Source: Rhynchobatus australiae
Lineage: Eukaryota
NCBI GenBank assembly: GCA_034780895.1
Contig: JAUZTB010000068.1
Span: 24,686,828 to 24,750,827 of the forward strand
DNA: 64,000 bases
Reading direction: 5' to 3'
Positions 1-12,439 of this stretch are shown piece after piece; positions within the stretch are counted from its first letter, which is position 1; every line of letters starts with the position of its first letter. Below the pieces are notes generated by a model. That model was not told the DNA's origin and did no database searches. It saw nothing but the letters and a program-made list of their open reading frames with translations. A program made the position numbers and the translations under genes.

Positions 1-269
1 CATGGACAAACTGATAAACTCAGTAAGCAGGTACCAGCTGAAATATAATCTGGGCAGCACATTAGCGCAGCAATGATTGTCACTGCCTCTCAGATCCAGG
101 GACTTTTTTTTAACTTCAAAAATAAACCTTACTCATAATAAAAAAAGATATAAGAGGCACATGTACATTGAACACACAGTGAAATGCATCTTTTGTGTTG
201 AGTGTTCTGGGGCAGCTCACAAGTGTCACCACACTTCCAGTGCCAACATAACATGCCCACAACTTCCGA

Positions 270-500
270 ACCTGTATGTCTTGGGAATGTGGGACTGCCT
301 TCGATGTGAAGAGGAAGTCTATCCGGGACCGTATCAAGCAGTCCGTTCTGGTCCAAGTGTATTGTGGCTGTGCTAAATCTGCAGGGATGCTGAAGGCATC
401 GCACAACTTTGCATCTTTAACCGTTTCCATCAGGAGTCTGGAGCTGCTGTTCGGTCTCCTGTCGGCACTGTCTGATCGTTCAGCTAATCTCTGTATTGTA
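270..500 (-). mobile_element. Tx1/L1-clade LINE APE endonuclease fragment
   Basis: ORF 116..568(-) contains LCDAF...YTWTRTDCLIRSRIDFLFTS, matching the YTW...SRID(Y/F) motif of L1/Tx1 endonucleases. Flanks are unrelated. Confidence 0.75.
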
Positions 501-852
501 GTACATAAGTAAATATCCCAGAACAGTGTGGTGCATTTTGGATAATTGAGGTGAGGAATATAAACCAAATACTACAATTTTAAACTGAGAGTTTGCAGGG
601 ACAAAGAAGGACACATTGGTTCAAATGCAAATTAAAGCAGAAATTGCTGGAGATATTCAGAAAATCATGTGGTATATCGAGAGGGAGAGAGAGAGNNNNN
701 NNNNNNNNNNNNNNNNNNNNNNNNNNNNNNNNNNNNNNNNNNNNNNNNNNNNNNNNNNNNNNNNNNNNNNNNNNNNNNNNNNNNNNNNNNNNNNNNNNNN
801 NNNNNNNNNNNNNNNNNNNNNNNNNNNNNNNNNNNNNNNNNNNNNNNNNNNN

Positions 853-1320
853 CTCAGCAGGAATAGTACTGTGTTCTGTTTGATGTGACCACACTTTAAA
901 AAGAATATAAAGACTTTGGAGAGGACACAGAGGAGATTTACTGGCACGATACAGTGATGAGGGCCTTCAGATGCTGAGAGTGTAGAGAAGTTGGGATTAT
1001 TTTCCCTGGAACTGGTATTCTACATCATCAAGAGTTTCTGTTAGAATGGATATGAAGAAACCATTTACATTGACAAAACGATCAGTAACCAGATTTATAG
1101 CAATTGATACAGAATCAAGGAGATGGGAGAAACATTTTTTGCACAGTAAGCTGTTAAGGATTTGGAATACAGCATGAAACTGATTTAGTTGTAAGTCACA
1201 GAGGGCATTGAAGAAATACTTGAAAAGGAAATGTTTGCAGGCCCTTGGGCAAAGGAGAGTAAAACTAACTGGGTGTCAATGAAGGGCAAGATAAGCTACA
1301 CAGGCTACTGCTGTGCTGGG
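853..1320 (+). mobile_element. Decayed CR1 LINE 3' fragment
   Basis: Degenerate match to the C-terminal/3' region of the better-preserved CR1 at 4735-5914 (ttggagagg..acagaggagatttact; tttttgcacagtaagctgttaaggatttggaat). Confidence 0.6.
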
Positions 1321-1529
1321 TAATTCTATGAAATATTCAAAGTTATAGGATCTTTAGAAAAAAACAAGGTAATTTGACAAGGATTNNNNNNNNNNNNNNN
1401 NNNNNNNNNNNNNNNNNNNNNNNNNNNNNNNNNNNNNNNNNNNNNNNNNNNNNNNNNNNNNNNNNNNNNNNNNNNNNNNNNNNNNAGAAAAAAACAAGGT
1501 AATTTGACAAGGATTATGAGTAACAAGGA

Positions 1530-1830
1530 TAAAATTTAAGTGAAGAGAAAGGGATTTTGGTGGCTATCAGACAGTGGGGATGCAATGGGTAGAACTGCAA
1601 ATGGTGCAAATTCTGATTGTGGTAACTCATAGACCTCACCCTAGAAATGATATAATGGGGGAATGTGTAAATATGGAGACCAGAGAAACATACTGCAAAC
1701 ACAAAATAGACATAACAGGGGATTTTTTTCATGGGCATGGATTAATAGATTACCTGACCTTTAGGAACCAACTGCTAAAATGTATTGTGGACAGTTTTCC
1801 AGGTCTACATATTAAGTAGCAAATGTTTTG
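1530..1830 (+). mobile_element. Decayed CR1 APE endonuclease fragment
   Basis: ORF 1574..1819 WVELQ...IVVTHRPHP...ITGDFF resembles CR1 APE WVEL...VVYRPP...GDFN. Confidence 0.55.
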
Positions 1831-2299
1831 ATGCGTAACCTTTTTAATTCCCTGGGAAGTATGACACGCATACAATTGATTCGATATTTTGAACCTATGA
1901 AAATCATTCTGCTATGACCCGAGATGAAACCAGTGTGACTGAACTGTAAAACCAACTGCAGGACTTTCTATCGCACATAACAATATTGGGAACTTGAATC
2001 TCATGCATCCCGTACTTCTTGCTCCTAAACACAGAGTCCATTGCATATGTAGCAGTGACATGCTTGATGTTGCTGCTGCAAAGCTGGACCTTGGATATGA
2101 AAGTGAGAAGCAGCATGGTCTCAACCAGGAAAGCAGGACTTACCAAGGGGAGAAAGGCCTGCTTGAACACTCCTTCCCTGACAAATGTTGACAGAGATCA
2201 CTTTGGAAGACAACCATGGCAACTACTCACCAGGCTCCCTCAGTTGATTGACACTTTTACTTGCCTTTCATGGGGATTGGAAAGGTGCCACAATGTCTA

Positions 2300-2650
2300 G
2301 ATGGATAGATACAGCGTGGAAATAGGCCCTTTGGCCCACTGAGTCTACACTGACCATCAAGCATCCATTTACACTAATCCTACATGAATCCATTTTTTAT
2401 TCTTCCCACATTCCCATCAGCTCCCACTGGATTTTACCACTAACCTACACATATTAGGGGCAATTTGCAGTGGCCAATTACTTGTATCAACCTACCAACC
2501 TGTCCTTACTTGGGATGTGGAGGAAACTGAAGCACTCTGAGGAAACCCCCACGTGGTCACAGGAAGAACGTAAAAACTCCACACAGGCAGCACTTAAGAT
2601 CATTATTGAACCCAGGTCTCTGGTGCTGTGAGGCAGTGGCTTTACCAGCT
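2300..2650 (-). mobile_element. tRNA-derived SINE with CR1-type tail (HE1-like)
   Basis: Reverse-strand B-box (ttgaacccagg) near 2606-2616, typical body (gggaggaaactgaagcactctgaggaaacc) and CR1-like tail near 2300-2350. Confidence 0.75.
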
Positions 2651-3544
2651 GATGAGGCCTTATGAAAAGGGGAAAGGCCTACTTGAACACTCCTTCCCTG
2701 AAAGCTGCTGGCAGAGACCAACATGGAAGACAACAAGGAAGACTGCTCCATTGTACCAATCACCTGGTTCTTTCAGGATTTGTTGATCGCCCCTTTTATT
2801 TGTTTTGCATGGGGATATGAAAGCTATAATAACACCACACTAAATATCAGATAAAAAGATCTCCACAGCACTGCCTGTGCCACCACCTCCAGAGTAAGAG
2901 GGTTCAAATCTACCTTCAGCAAAGTTTCCAGTGAGAACAATCCTTTACGTGCTCTCACCATGCCCGAACACTCCACAGCAACACTGCACTTCTCACACGA
3001 GTCCTGAAATCGTGCACAGTCACAATGTGTAACCTTGTTAATTACCTGGGAATCATGATACTTATGCAAACAATTGCGTGCACATTGTGAACACAGGAAA
3101 ATCATTTCCCCACGACCTTGGATAAAACTAGTGTGGGTTAACTGCATGGAGTATAAGGGTTTTAGGGTGTATGTTTCTCTGCATTATACAAATTCTAGCC
3201 CACTCTTTTAGAACTGACAAGGGAACAAGCCATATTAGATTTAGCATCGAGCACTCAACCAGAATTAGATAATAATCTAATAGTAAGTCAGCTACTTACA
3301 AACAATGATCAGAATATCAATGAATTTCATATGGGCTTACAGAAGAAATGGAAGAGGCACAAAACAATTTTTTTTAAAGTGAGGCAAGGTCAATGCTGAA
3401 GTGATGAGAAATGAATTAACTGCAGTAAATCAGGCTGCTCTCAAACCACAGAGCAAGTAAAGGGAAATATGGTGTCTGTGACTGTGACAGGGTCCAGGGA
3501 TTTGGGAGCAGCAAGAGTGAGAGGACAATTGGCACCTTGGGAAG

Positions 3545-3927
3545 GTACTTTGATTGGTAAAGGGGTTATACACAAAAAGTGCTGGAGGAACTCAGCAGGT
3601 CAGGAAGCATCCATGGAGGGAAATAAACAGTTGATGTTTCAGGCTGAGACCCTTCATGAGTCCTCATGAAGGGTCTCGGCTCAAAACGTTGAATGTTTAT
3701 TTCCCTCCATGGATGCTGCCTGACCTGCTAAGTTCCTCCAGCACTTTTTATGTGTTGCTCCAGATTCCAGCATCTGCAGACTTTCTTGTGTATTGGTAAA
3801 GGGGTTGGTGGTTATGGGAGGAAGGCAGGGGAATGGGGTTGAAAAAAAATCAGCCATGATTGAATAGTGGAGCAGATTTGATGGCCAAATGGCCTAATTT
3901 TGCTCCTTTATCTTATGGTCTTATGGT
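3545..3927 (+). mobile_element. CR1 LINE 3' end, interrupted by a foldback element
   Basis: 3792-3927 matches the 3' tail at 5780-5914 (ggttatggg..aaggcaggggaatggggttg...tggcctaattttgctcct..tcttatggtcttatgg). Confidence 0.8.
3568..3791. mobile_element. Penelope-terminus-derived foldback element with 15-bp TSD
   Basis: Inverted arms of ~90 bp around 3661-3662. attggtaaaggggtt is present at both 3553-3567 and 3792-3806. Confidence 0.8.
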
Positions 3928-4734
3928 AGGGAACTATGTAAGAGGCCTGACTGGGGCTGGGGTGAGACAGTGCTGCATCATTAATCATGGAGGCATTCTA
4001 TACTAGTGCTCTGTGTAATCACACTGACTTCGCTGTTGAAATGCACTGACATCAGAACATGTGTTGCAAACAGCCTGGCTCTTGGACACAGGGCAGCTCT
4101 TCACGAGTTGAAGGGTCTCTCCTCTTTACTTCATATACTGCACAATAGAATATTGCCCAGCCACAGCATCAAATGAATGAGGTGGGGTTTCCCTGCGGAG
4201 CAATGCTTCAACCCATGTTTCATACGGGAAGAACAATCGAGCAAATGTGATCGACAAGCAAGCGAGGNNNNNNNNNNNNNNNNNNNNNNNNNNNNNNNNN
4301 NNNNNNNNNNNACAAGGAAAAGTGGAAACCTGAAGAGAAACCATCACTTCCCAGGGGGAGGGGTGGGTTCACCACTGAATATAATAAACACAGAGGTTGA
4401 AGAAATTATTGTTGACCTTGAATATAAGGCGTGAACAGCAAGATGAATGTCCTTTAATGCGAGTTAAAGGGGCATCCTCACCTGAGCCATCATTGGGATG
4501 TTCATTACAGTAGCCAGTGTCAGATCTTCACCAGCAATTCACTGAGAAAAGGTTGAGGGAACCCCCAGCTGCTCTGAGGCTTTCCTGAGCAGTCCACTCC
4601 CACCACCATTGTGTCCAGTTTTCTGCCAGAGACGTGGGGCTCCACCCGCATTTTTCTTAATCCTCTTCTGCTTCAGATAATTCAGCTTCCACCCACAGTT
4701 TGAAGGAGTGTTCTTTTCAGTGTTCTTTCCTCTC

Positions 4735-5914
4735 TGGTCGGCTCCTGGTGACTAGTGGTGTTCCATAGAGGTTGATGTTGGCTCCACTACTTTTGACATT
4801 ATATGTTAATGATCTGGATGATGGAATTGATGGCTTTGTGGCCAAGTTTGCAGATGATACAAGGATAGGTGGAGGGGCAGGTAGTGTCAAGGAAGTAGAA
4901 AGTCTGCAGAGGACTTAGGCAGGTTGGGAGAATGGCCAAAGAACTGGCAGATGAAATACATAATAGGGAAGTGTCTGGTCATGCACTTTGGTAGAAGGAA
5001 TAGGGGAGAGAATGGAAAGAGAACTCAGAAATTTGAGGTGCAAAGGGACTTGGGAGTCCTGGTGCAGGATTCCCTAAAGGTTAACTTGAAGGTTGAGTCA
5101 GTAGTAAGGAAGGCAAATGCAATGTTTGCATTTATTTTGAGAGGACTAGAATATAAAAGCAAGGATGTAATGCTAAGGCTTTATAAGGCGTTGCTCAGAC
5201 CACATCTGGAATATTGTTAGCAGTTTTGGGCCCTATGTGTAAGGAAGGATGTGCTGGCATTGGAGAGGGTCCAGAGGAAATTTACAAGAATGATCCTGGG
5301 GATGAAAAGTTTAACGGATGAGGAGCGTTTGATAGCTCTGGGCCTGTACTCGCTGGAGTTTAGAAGGATGGGGGGGGTGGGATCTCATTGAAACCTACAG
5401 AATATTGAAAGGCCTGGATAGAGTGGACGTGGAGAGGATGTTTCCAGTAGTGGGANNNNNNNNNNNNNNNNNNNNNNNNNNNNNNNNNNNNNNNNNNNNN
5501 NNNNNNNNNNNNNNNNNNNNNNNNNNNNNNNNNNNNNNNNNNNNNNNNNNNNNNNATTGAAAGGCCTGGATAGAGTGGACGTGGAGAGGATGTTTCCAGT
5601 AGTGGGAGAGTCGATGACCAGAGGGCACAGCCTCAGAATAGGAGGACGTCCCTTTAGAACAGAGATGAAGAGGACTTTCTTTAGCCAGTTGGTGGTGAAT
5701 CTGTGGAATTCGTTGCCACAGACGACTGTGGAGGTCAAGTCATTGGGTATATTTAAAGCGAAGGTTGACAGGTTCTTGATACTAAGGTTGTCATAGGTTA
5801 TGGGGAGAAGGCAGGAGAATGAGGTTGGAGGGAAAAATCAATCAGACATGATCGAATGGCAGAGCAGACGATGGGCTAAATGGCCTAATTCTGCTCCTAT
5901 GTCTTATAGTCTTA
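4735..5914 (+). mobile_element. Relatively young 5'-truncated CR1 (HER1-like) LINE: RT C-terminus plus 3' UTR
   Basis: Contains KFADDT (aagtttgcagatgataca), ORF 4924..5220 (RDLGVLV...LYKALLRPHLEYC), ORF 5557..5796 (RGHSL...FFSQLVVNLWNSLP) and the tail. Stops and frameshifts present. Confidence 0.93.
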
Positions 5915-8007
5915 AATAGAAGTACATTATACAAAGAGCAGAGGCCACACACATTAAGTTAGCATATCTATTCTGTCACTGTATTTTAATGCTGACCGAA
6001 TGGAAGCATATGAAAGTAGCCAACTTCGTCTATTTCTTTTTAAAATCACATCACAGCAATGCGGTCAAGTATACTATTCTTTTTGGCTTTGAAAATTGGA
6101 AGATGCAAAAAGTTAGCACAATGTCCATTAAATTGCTGAATCTAAAACCAGCCGTCTTAGATTTCCTCTGTGGAGCAAGGAATTATCTAACCTCATCCAA
6201 GTTGATCTGAGCAAGAGCCCACAGCACGAAACAACCTATGGGGAATTACTTATCCACACTGTAGTTTACCTCGTTGGATGCACCAAACTTGCTGTTGTCA
6301 ACTGGAGAGAATGTAAGCCAATAATACTTCCATTGAAGATGATATTTAAACAGGTCTGGAGATCAGCTGAGAGTTTATTACTAAGTCTAAGGAACCAGGA
6401 TGATTGGCATCTGCAGCAAAGTTATAAAAATATCATCAAGATTTTCATTTTATGTATCTGGCAGGAGATTGATAATTCTTTTATATTCAATTGCCAACAC
6501 TCCCCATTATATTTGCCTAATATATTGTACTCATTTAAGACCAATTCCTGAAAATTATCACAAAATGAAAAATCAAAGTAAAAATAATTTCCTGTTTTCA
6601 GTGTGTTAGTTATCTTCTCCCAGTGAATGCCTTAAAAGGTTTGTTTTTNNNNNNNNNNNNNNNNNNNNNNNNNNNNNNNNNNNNNNNNNNNNNNNNNNNN
6701 NNNNNNNNNNNNNNNNNNNNNNNNNNNNNNNNNNNNNNNNNNNNNNNNGAATGACTTAAAAGGTTTGTTTTTAGGAAATTATAGATTCGCCACAGGTTTG
6801 TAGTCTGCCTGTTCCAAAGATTGATGGAAGAGAAGTCATTTTATTTCTTCTGTGCTTCCGTCAAACTGATTGGGCTGTGAAGTTGGAGTGATGGGGCTGG
6901 TTACAACCACCCAAATTGTAACAAATGTTTTGCCAGTGGTCACCATGTTGAAGCACGGCAACATTACAGGAGATTAATGTAATCAAAGGCGGCCATTTGG
7001 CCCATTCTGACTCACCTAGCAGGGCAAAGCAAGGCCTTCATCCCAGGAATCATTGACAAATAAGCTGGGTATGATGCTATTATTTCAATTAAATGTTGGA
7101 AATAAAAATACAGTGTACTCTATTGGTAATTATAACATCTTCCTTCCATTCTTTCACAGAATCTACACTATTTCCTGATAAGCCTTCCCCACTGTTTTCA
7201 CTGAAGCGGAAGATGGTGCCATTGTCAGTTTGCACTGTAATTGCCTGGGATAATACTGGTATCAGAGGGGGTGCTCAGATAGTTTCAGCCCTTATTGCAG
7301 AAAAGCCATCCAGTCTGGGGGAAATACATCCTAAATTGCAAGAAGAAATGTGGAAGTTGATGAAAAGCTGACCACAATCTTCCTTCCAAAGATGAGAATT
7401 CCTGTTCACTTTTCAGGACCCAGGCATTACTGGCAAGGCTGGTGTTCATTGTCCAGCTCTAAGTGCACCTGAGTAGGTGGTGGTGAGCTGTCTTCTTTAA
7501 CCACAACTGGTGAAGGTGCTTTTACAGTGTTGTTGGGAACCTGGAGAGGATCATCTGAGGGCAATTGGGATGGGTGCCTCAGATCATTGATTGTGAGGGG
7601 AAGTTGGAGTGACAGTGAAGGTAGAGAACCTACCTGGAAGAAAATAAATATCTTGTGGTCTCCAGCAGAAGTCAGGTACTGTCACGGCCCCTTTATGTAA
7701 TGCTGAAGTTGCCCTCAATCCTTGGGTTAAGGATGGATTTAGTGTTTATGCAGGGACTGCTCATGGGTGTCAAATACACAGGAGTATTCTGCGTAAAATA
7801 AAAGTGTGCTATTTGATTCATTATACATGTCTGGTGAGCCTCCACATTAATTCACTTTTTATTTATGGAAGAGTCAAAAGTCATTGCCAGAATTACCCAG
7901 GTAAGAGAGAGAGATCAGATCAATCTGTCTAACTTTGATCTTACTCGGGAGAATTTCTAGGTCACCGTGCTAAATTCTCTCATCTACTATTTTAAAGGTG
8001 GAACCAT

Positions 8008-8250
8008 ACGTTCTCCTTGTGACCACATGGGTTTCTCCTGGGTCCTCCTGTTTCCTTCCACACCCCAAACCCAAAGATGTGTGAGTTAGTAAGTTAATTG
8101 GTCACTGTTTATTGCCCCTAGTGTAGGTGAGTAGTTCAACTGTAGGGAATGTAGGGAGAATAGATTGCAGGGAATATTATTCGGGGAATGGGACTGTGCT
8201 ATGAGCTGGCATAGACTTGCCAGGTTGAATGGACTCCTGCATCACAAGGA
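8008..8250 (+). mobile_element. 5'-truncated SINE body
   Basis: acgttctccttgtgaccacatgggtttctcctggg...ttaattggtcactg; reverse complement of the SINE body at 2460-2580. Confidence 0.65.
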
Positions 8251-9865
8251 AACTAGAATAACGTCTCCTCGTTTAACTTTCGGGTGATAACACCATACAC
8301 ACACCCAGGTACTATCCTGTGAAATCTTGGCAGTGATCAATGATGTAAGTGAGACTGGAATAAGTTGAGTGCCACAGCAGCAGCAGCAGAAATCTCAAGC
8401 AATCCCTGTCCTTTGCAACCAAGCTCTTAATCACCTTGTGGAGGAGTCGAGGATAAGAGGAATGCAAATGCAGAACAAACTCTGCCTACAAAAAGACAAC
8501 GTCGTCAAAATACACCAGCATCCGAAAATTCAAAAATATTAAAATGCTAGTAAAAAGTAAATTAAAAATATATAAAAATGATAAACATGCCTGAAGTCAG
8601 AAAATATTTTAACCAAATCTAAACCACTAACACCTTTGGTCTCCTGGAGTCCTTCCCTCCATTGAAAACAATGGAGAAGCAGTCAGTGGCTGTGGATATT
8701 CACACGGGCACCATCAGTGGCTGGGAATCCCCACAACTGCCTTCTGTGAAGCACAGAGAATCAGTGCACATTCAGGAGGGAAGGAATCACGGAAAGCTGA
8801 TTGCAACTTCAAGGCATCCTCACAGAGATCTTGAAATTGCCGACAGTTACATGTGGGTAATTACACGGTGAGTGCTGGAATTTTCCCCAGAACAATCCAA
8901 CTCCTGATGTCACAGATATGCCTGCACACTCTTTGTAATAGGGGACTGTCACAGCACAATTCTGTGGGAAACTGTGAAGGATCTGTAAAGTTCCTTAGAC
9001 TTTCTTTCTGGAAATCACTGGATTGCAGTATTTTAAGTACCCCCACAAGGCCNNNNNNNNNNNNNNNNNNNNNNNNNNNNNNNNNNNNNNNNNNNNNNNN
9101 NNNNNNNNNNNNNNNNNNNNNNNNNNNNNNNNNNNNNNNNNNNNNNNNNNNNNNNNNNNNNNNNNNNNNNNNNNNNNNNNNNNNNNNNNNNNNNNNNNNN
9201 NNNNNNNNNNNNNNNNNNNNNNNNNNNNNNNNNNNNNNNNNNNNNNNNNNNNNNNNNNNNNNNNNNNNNNNNNNNNNNNNNNNNNNNNCACATTGACCTA
9301 ATAATAGAGCAAGTGACGGAAACAGAGAGCGCGCCGGCGAGGCATCCCTCTGAGGAATCTTGCAGTGTTCTGCAAGGATTGCACTTAGGGAGGTAATTAT
9401 GTTTCACAAATGGCAGCAGTTAATGACATATGGCATCTATTTCTGCAGTGAAAAGCAGGCATAAGTTAAGAAGTCTTCAATGCTAATCCGGTGGATGGGC
9501 ACAAACCAAAGGTGTTTCTTTCTCTCCTGGTATCCCTGTTATAGAGGATTTCACCATCTCTTATTTGTTTTCATTTTTCCCTGCATGTTACAATAATTAA
9601 TATCTTGCGGCCACAGGCACACCTCCGCTATTCATGTCATATTATTCTTCCTGGCACTTGCAACTGAATTTGATTTCATTATTGATACTAATGGTACTGG
9701 AGTTCACATATTGCAGGTTATTTTTCTCATGCCCTTAATATCTGGTTATTCCTGGTTCATTTGCATCTCCCTGGAAACGTTCCTACATTAAGAGGATTAC
9801 ATGCCCTGGCCCATCCTGAGGTTGTGAAAGGCACTCCATAAGTAGAATCATATCTTGCACAAAGG

Positions 9866-10612
9866 GAGATGGCTGTCCTTGTAGGAGGTCAATCATCCCA
9901 GCCCCAGGATATTAGAGCAGGAGGTAACCATCTTCCATCACTTCATCCATGGCCTTCCCCACTTCCAATCTTAGGACAGAAAGATGTTTGCTGATCATTG
10001 CCTCCTATTCACTTCCACCAGCAGCAAATGAAAGAGCCCTTGCTTGCATGAAGCAAGACCAGGGATACATTCAGGCATCAGCTGATAAGTGACAAGTAAA
10101 ATTCATGCCTCAAAAGTGCCAAACAATCACTATCTCCAACAAGAGAGATTCTAACCTTCTACCCTTGACATTCAAAAGAATTACCATCACCAAATTCCCC
10201 ACTGTCAACATACTGGGGTCATCATTGACCAGAAGCTCAACTGGATTGACCAAGTAAATACTGTAGCTACAAACTCAGGTCAGAGACTGGGTATCTTGTA
10301 GTGAGTGACTTGCCTCCTGACATCCGAAGGCCTTTCTACCACTTGTCTGGTGCAAGTCAGGAAGTATGACGGAATATTCTTCTCTTTCCTTGATGAATGC
10401 AGCTGCAACACCTCTCAAAAACTTTGCCATCATCCATAACAAAGCAGCCTGCTTGATTGGCATTCCATCCACCCTTCTGAATAGTCACTCCCTTCACCAA
10501 CATTGCACGGTTGCTGCAGTGTGTACTATCCAAAAAAATGCACTGCAATGACATGCCCAGACTACTTCAACAGCATCTGCCAACCCATGATCGCTACTAC
10601 CAAAATAGTCAA
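9866..10612 (+). mobile_element. Decayed LINE of a second CR1/L2-type family (RT C-terminus and 3' region)
   Basis: gatgtttgctgatcattg (FADD-like) and IQASADK*QVKF-like segment. Homologous to 49108-50015 and to 59900-62290 (-). Confidence 0.75.
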
Positions 10613-12439
10613 NNNNNNNNNNNNNNNNNNNNNNNNNNNNNNNNNNNNNNNNNNNNNNNNNNNNNNNNNNNNNNNNNNNNNNNNNNNNNNNNNNNNNNNN
10701 NNNNNNNNNNNNAAAAGAAAGCATCTTCTTATTTCATATCTGTGCTTGGACAGTTAAATCCATCTGATGACTTCTTGCCACTCTACTCGACTGTCTGTCT
10801 CCAAAGAACCCAGTTTAAATGAGTTTTTTTTTAAACTGTCTCAATATTCCTCAGACATCTGGCCAATGGCAGATGCAACTGTCTATACATGCTGTGCTAC
10901 ATAGCTGGTTGGAATTACAGATTAGCAGTTTTTTAGTTAAGTGGAATAACATTCATGAGCAGCATAATCTAAGAACATAACAACAAATGAAATTATTTGT
11001 TTGTTTTCATTTTTCCCTGCATGTTATATCCAGAATTTATATCCAGTGATGATGAAGAACTGGTGGTATATTTCCAAATCAGGACAGTATGCAGTTCAGA
11101 GGAGAACATGCTGTTCCCATGCACCTGCTGCTCTTGACTATTATGGTAGTAGCGATCATGGGTTGGAAGATGCTGTTGAAGTAGTCTTGTTGAAGTAAAC
11201 AAAGGCAAAATAAGCCATTCATCTCTCTGCCATGGTCTGGCATTCAATATGATCATGGGTGACCTTTTACATAACCACCAATATCTTGCATTAAATCTGT
11301 ATCCCTTGATTCCCAAAATATCCAAAGATCCATTGTTTTGAATATACTAAACGACTGAGCCTTTGAAATGTTTGTGATTTGAAAATTCTAAAGATTTACT
11401 GCAGTCGGTAAAAAGATTTAATCTCAGGAATGAATGGTTAACAGCTTATCTTGAGGCTGGGACACTTTGTTTTGGACACGCCAGCCAGGGGAAACATTTC
11501 CCAGTATCTACGTTGACAAACCCCATAAGAACATTGCATGTTTTAATGAGATCATGTCTCATTCTTCTAAATTGAAGAGAATAGAAGTCCAGTGGGGCAA
11601 ATCTTCCTCATCTGAGAAATGTCCCATCTCAGCAATTGATCTGGTGAACATTTGTTGCACTCCCTCTTTCACAAGCATGTTCTTCCTTAGATAGGAAGAC
11701 CAGACCTGGACATAACATCCCAGGTGCAGTCTCACCAGGGATCGATATATTATAGAAAGATATTGTTACTCTGGTATTCAGATCTCTTCAAATAAATGTC
11801 AATATACTGTTTGGCTTCCTATTAGCTTACAGTACTTGTACATTAACTTTTAGTGACTGACGAACAAAATCGCACAGAATTCTGAACACCAGTAACTTAC
11901 AATCTCACACACTTCAAAACAAAACATTTTTCTATTTTTTCTGAAGTTCCTTTTGATATTTTTCCACATTTTATTCCTTTGGCCATGTCTTTGCCCATTC
12001 ATTATGCCTGTCTTAATCCTCCTGAAGACTCCCTGCATTCTCATTACAGCTGACATTGCCACACAGTTCAGTATCATCAACAAACTTGAACACTTCATTC
12101 ATATCATTGACTTAGATTGTGAACAACTGGTGGCCCACCACTGATCCCAGCAGCACCCCAGTAGTCACAGCCTTCCAACCAGAATATGGCTCTTTCATTC
12201 ATATTCTGTTTCCTCTATGTTGACCAATCCTCAATCCTTGACGGTATATTAATCCAAATCCCATATGCTCAAATTTGTTTTAACAAGTTCTTGTGTGGCA
12301 CCTTATCAAAGGTTTCTTGAGAAGTGAAATACATCATGTCTACTTGTTTCACTCTTATGTATTCCGTGAGTTACAAATCCAAAAACCATTTCCCTTTTTC
12401 AACCTAATCCTAACATTCTAACTGCCCTGATAACAGATC

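Noticed and set aside
1356-1515. Exact direct repeats flanking 100-N gaps (also around 5456, 6649, 37553, 46520 and 49335)
   Set aside because: They always abut a fixed 100-N gap, so they are overlapping contig ends from scaffolding rather than biology.
8630-8890. ORF 8662..8871 ending at a g|gtgagt donor-like site
   Set aside because: No convincing acceptor or homology. It may be an old DNA-transposon end, but I cannot support either call.
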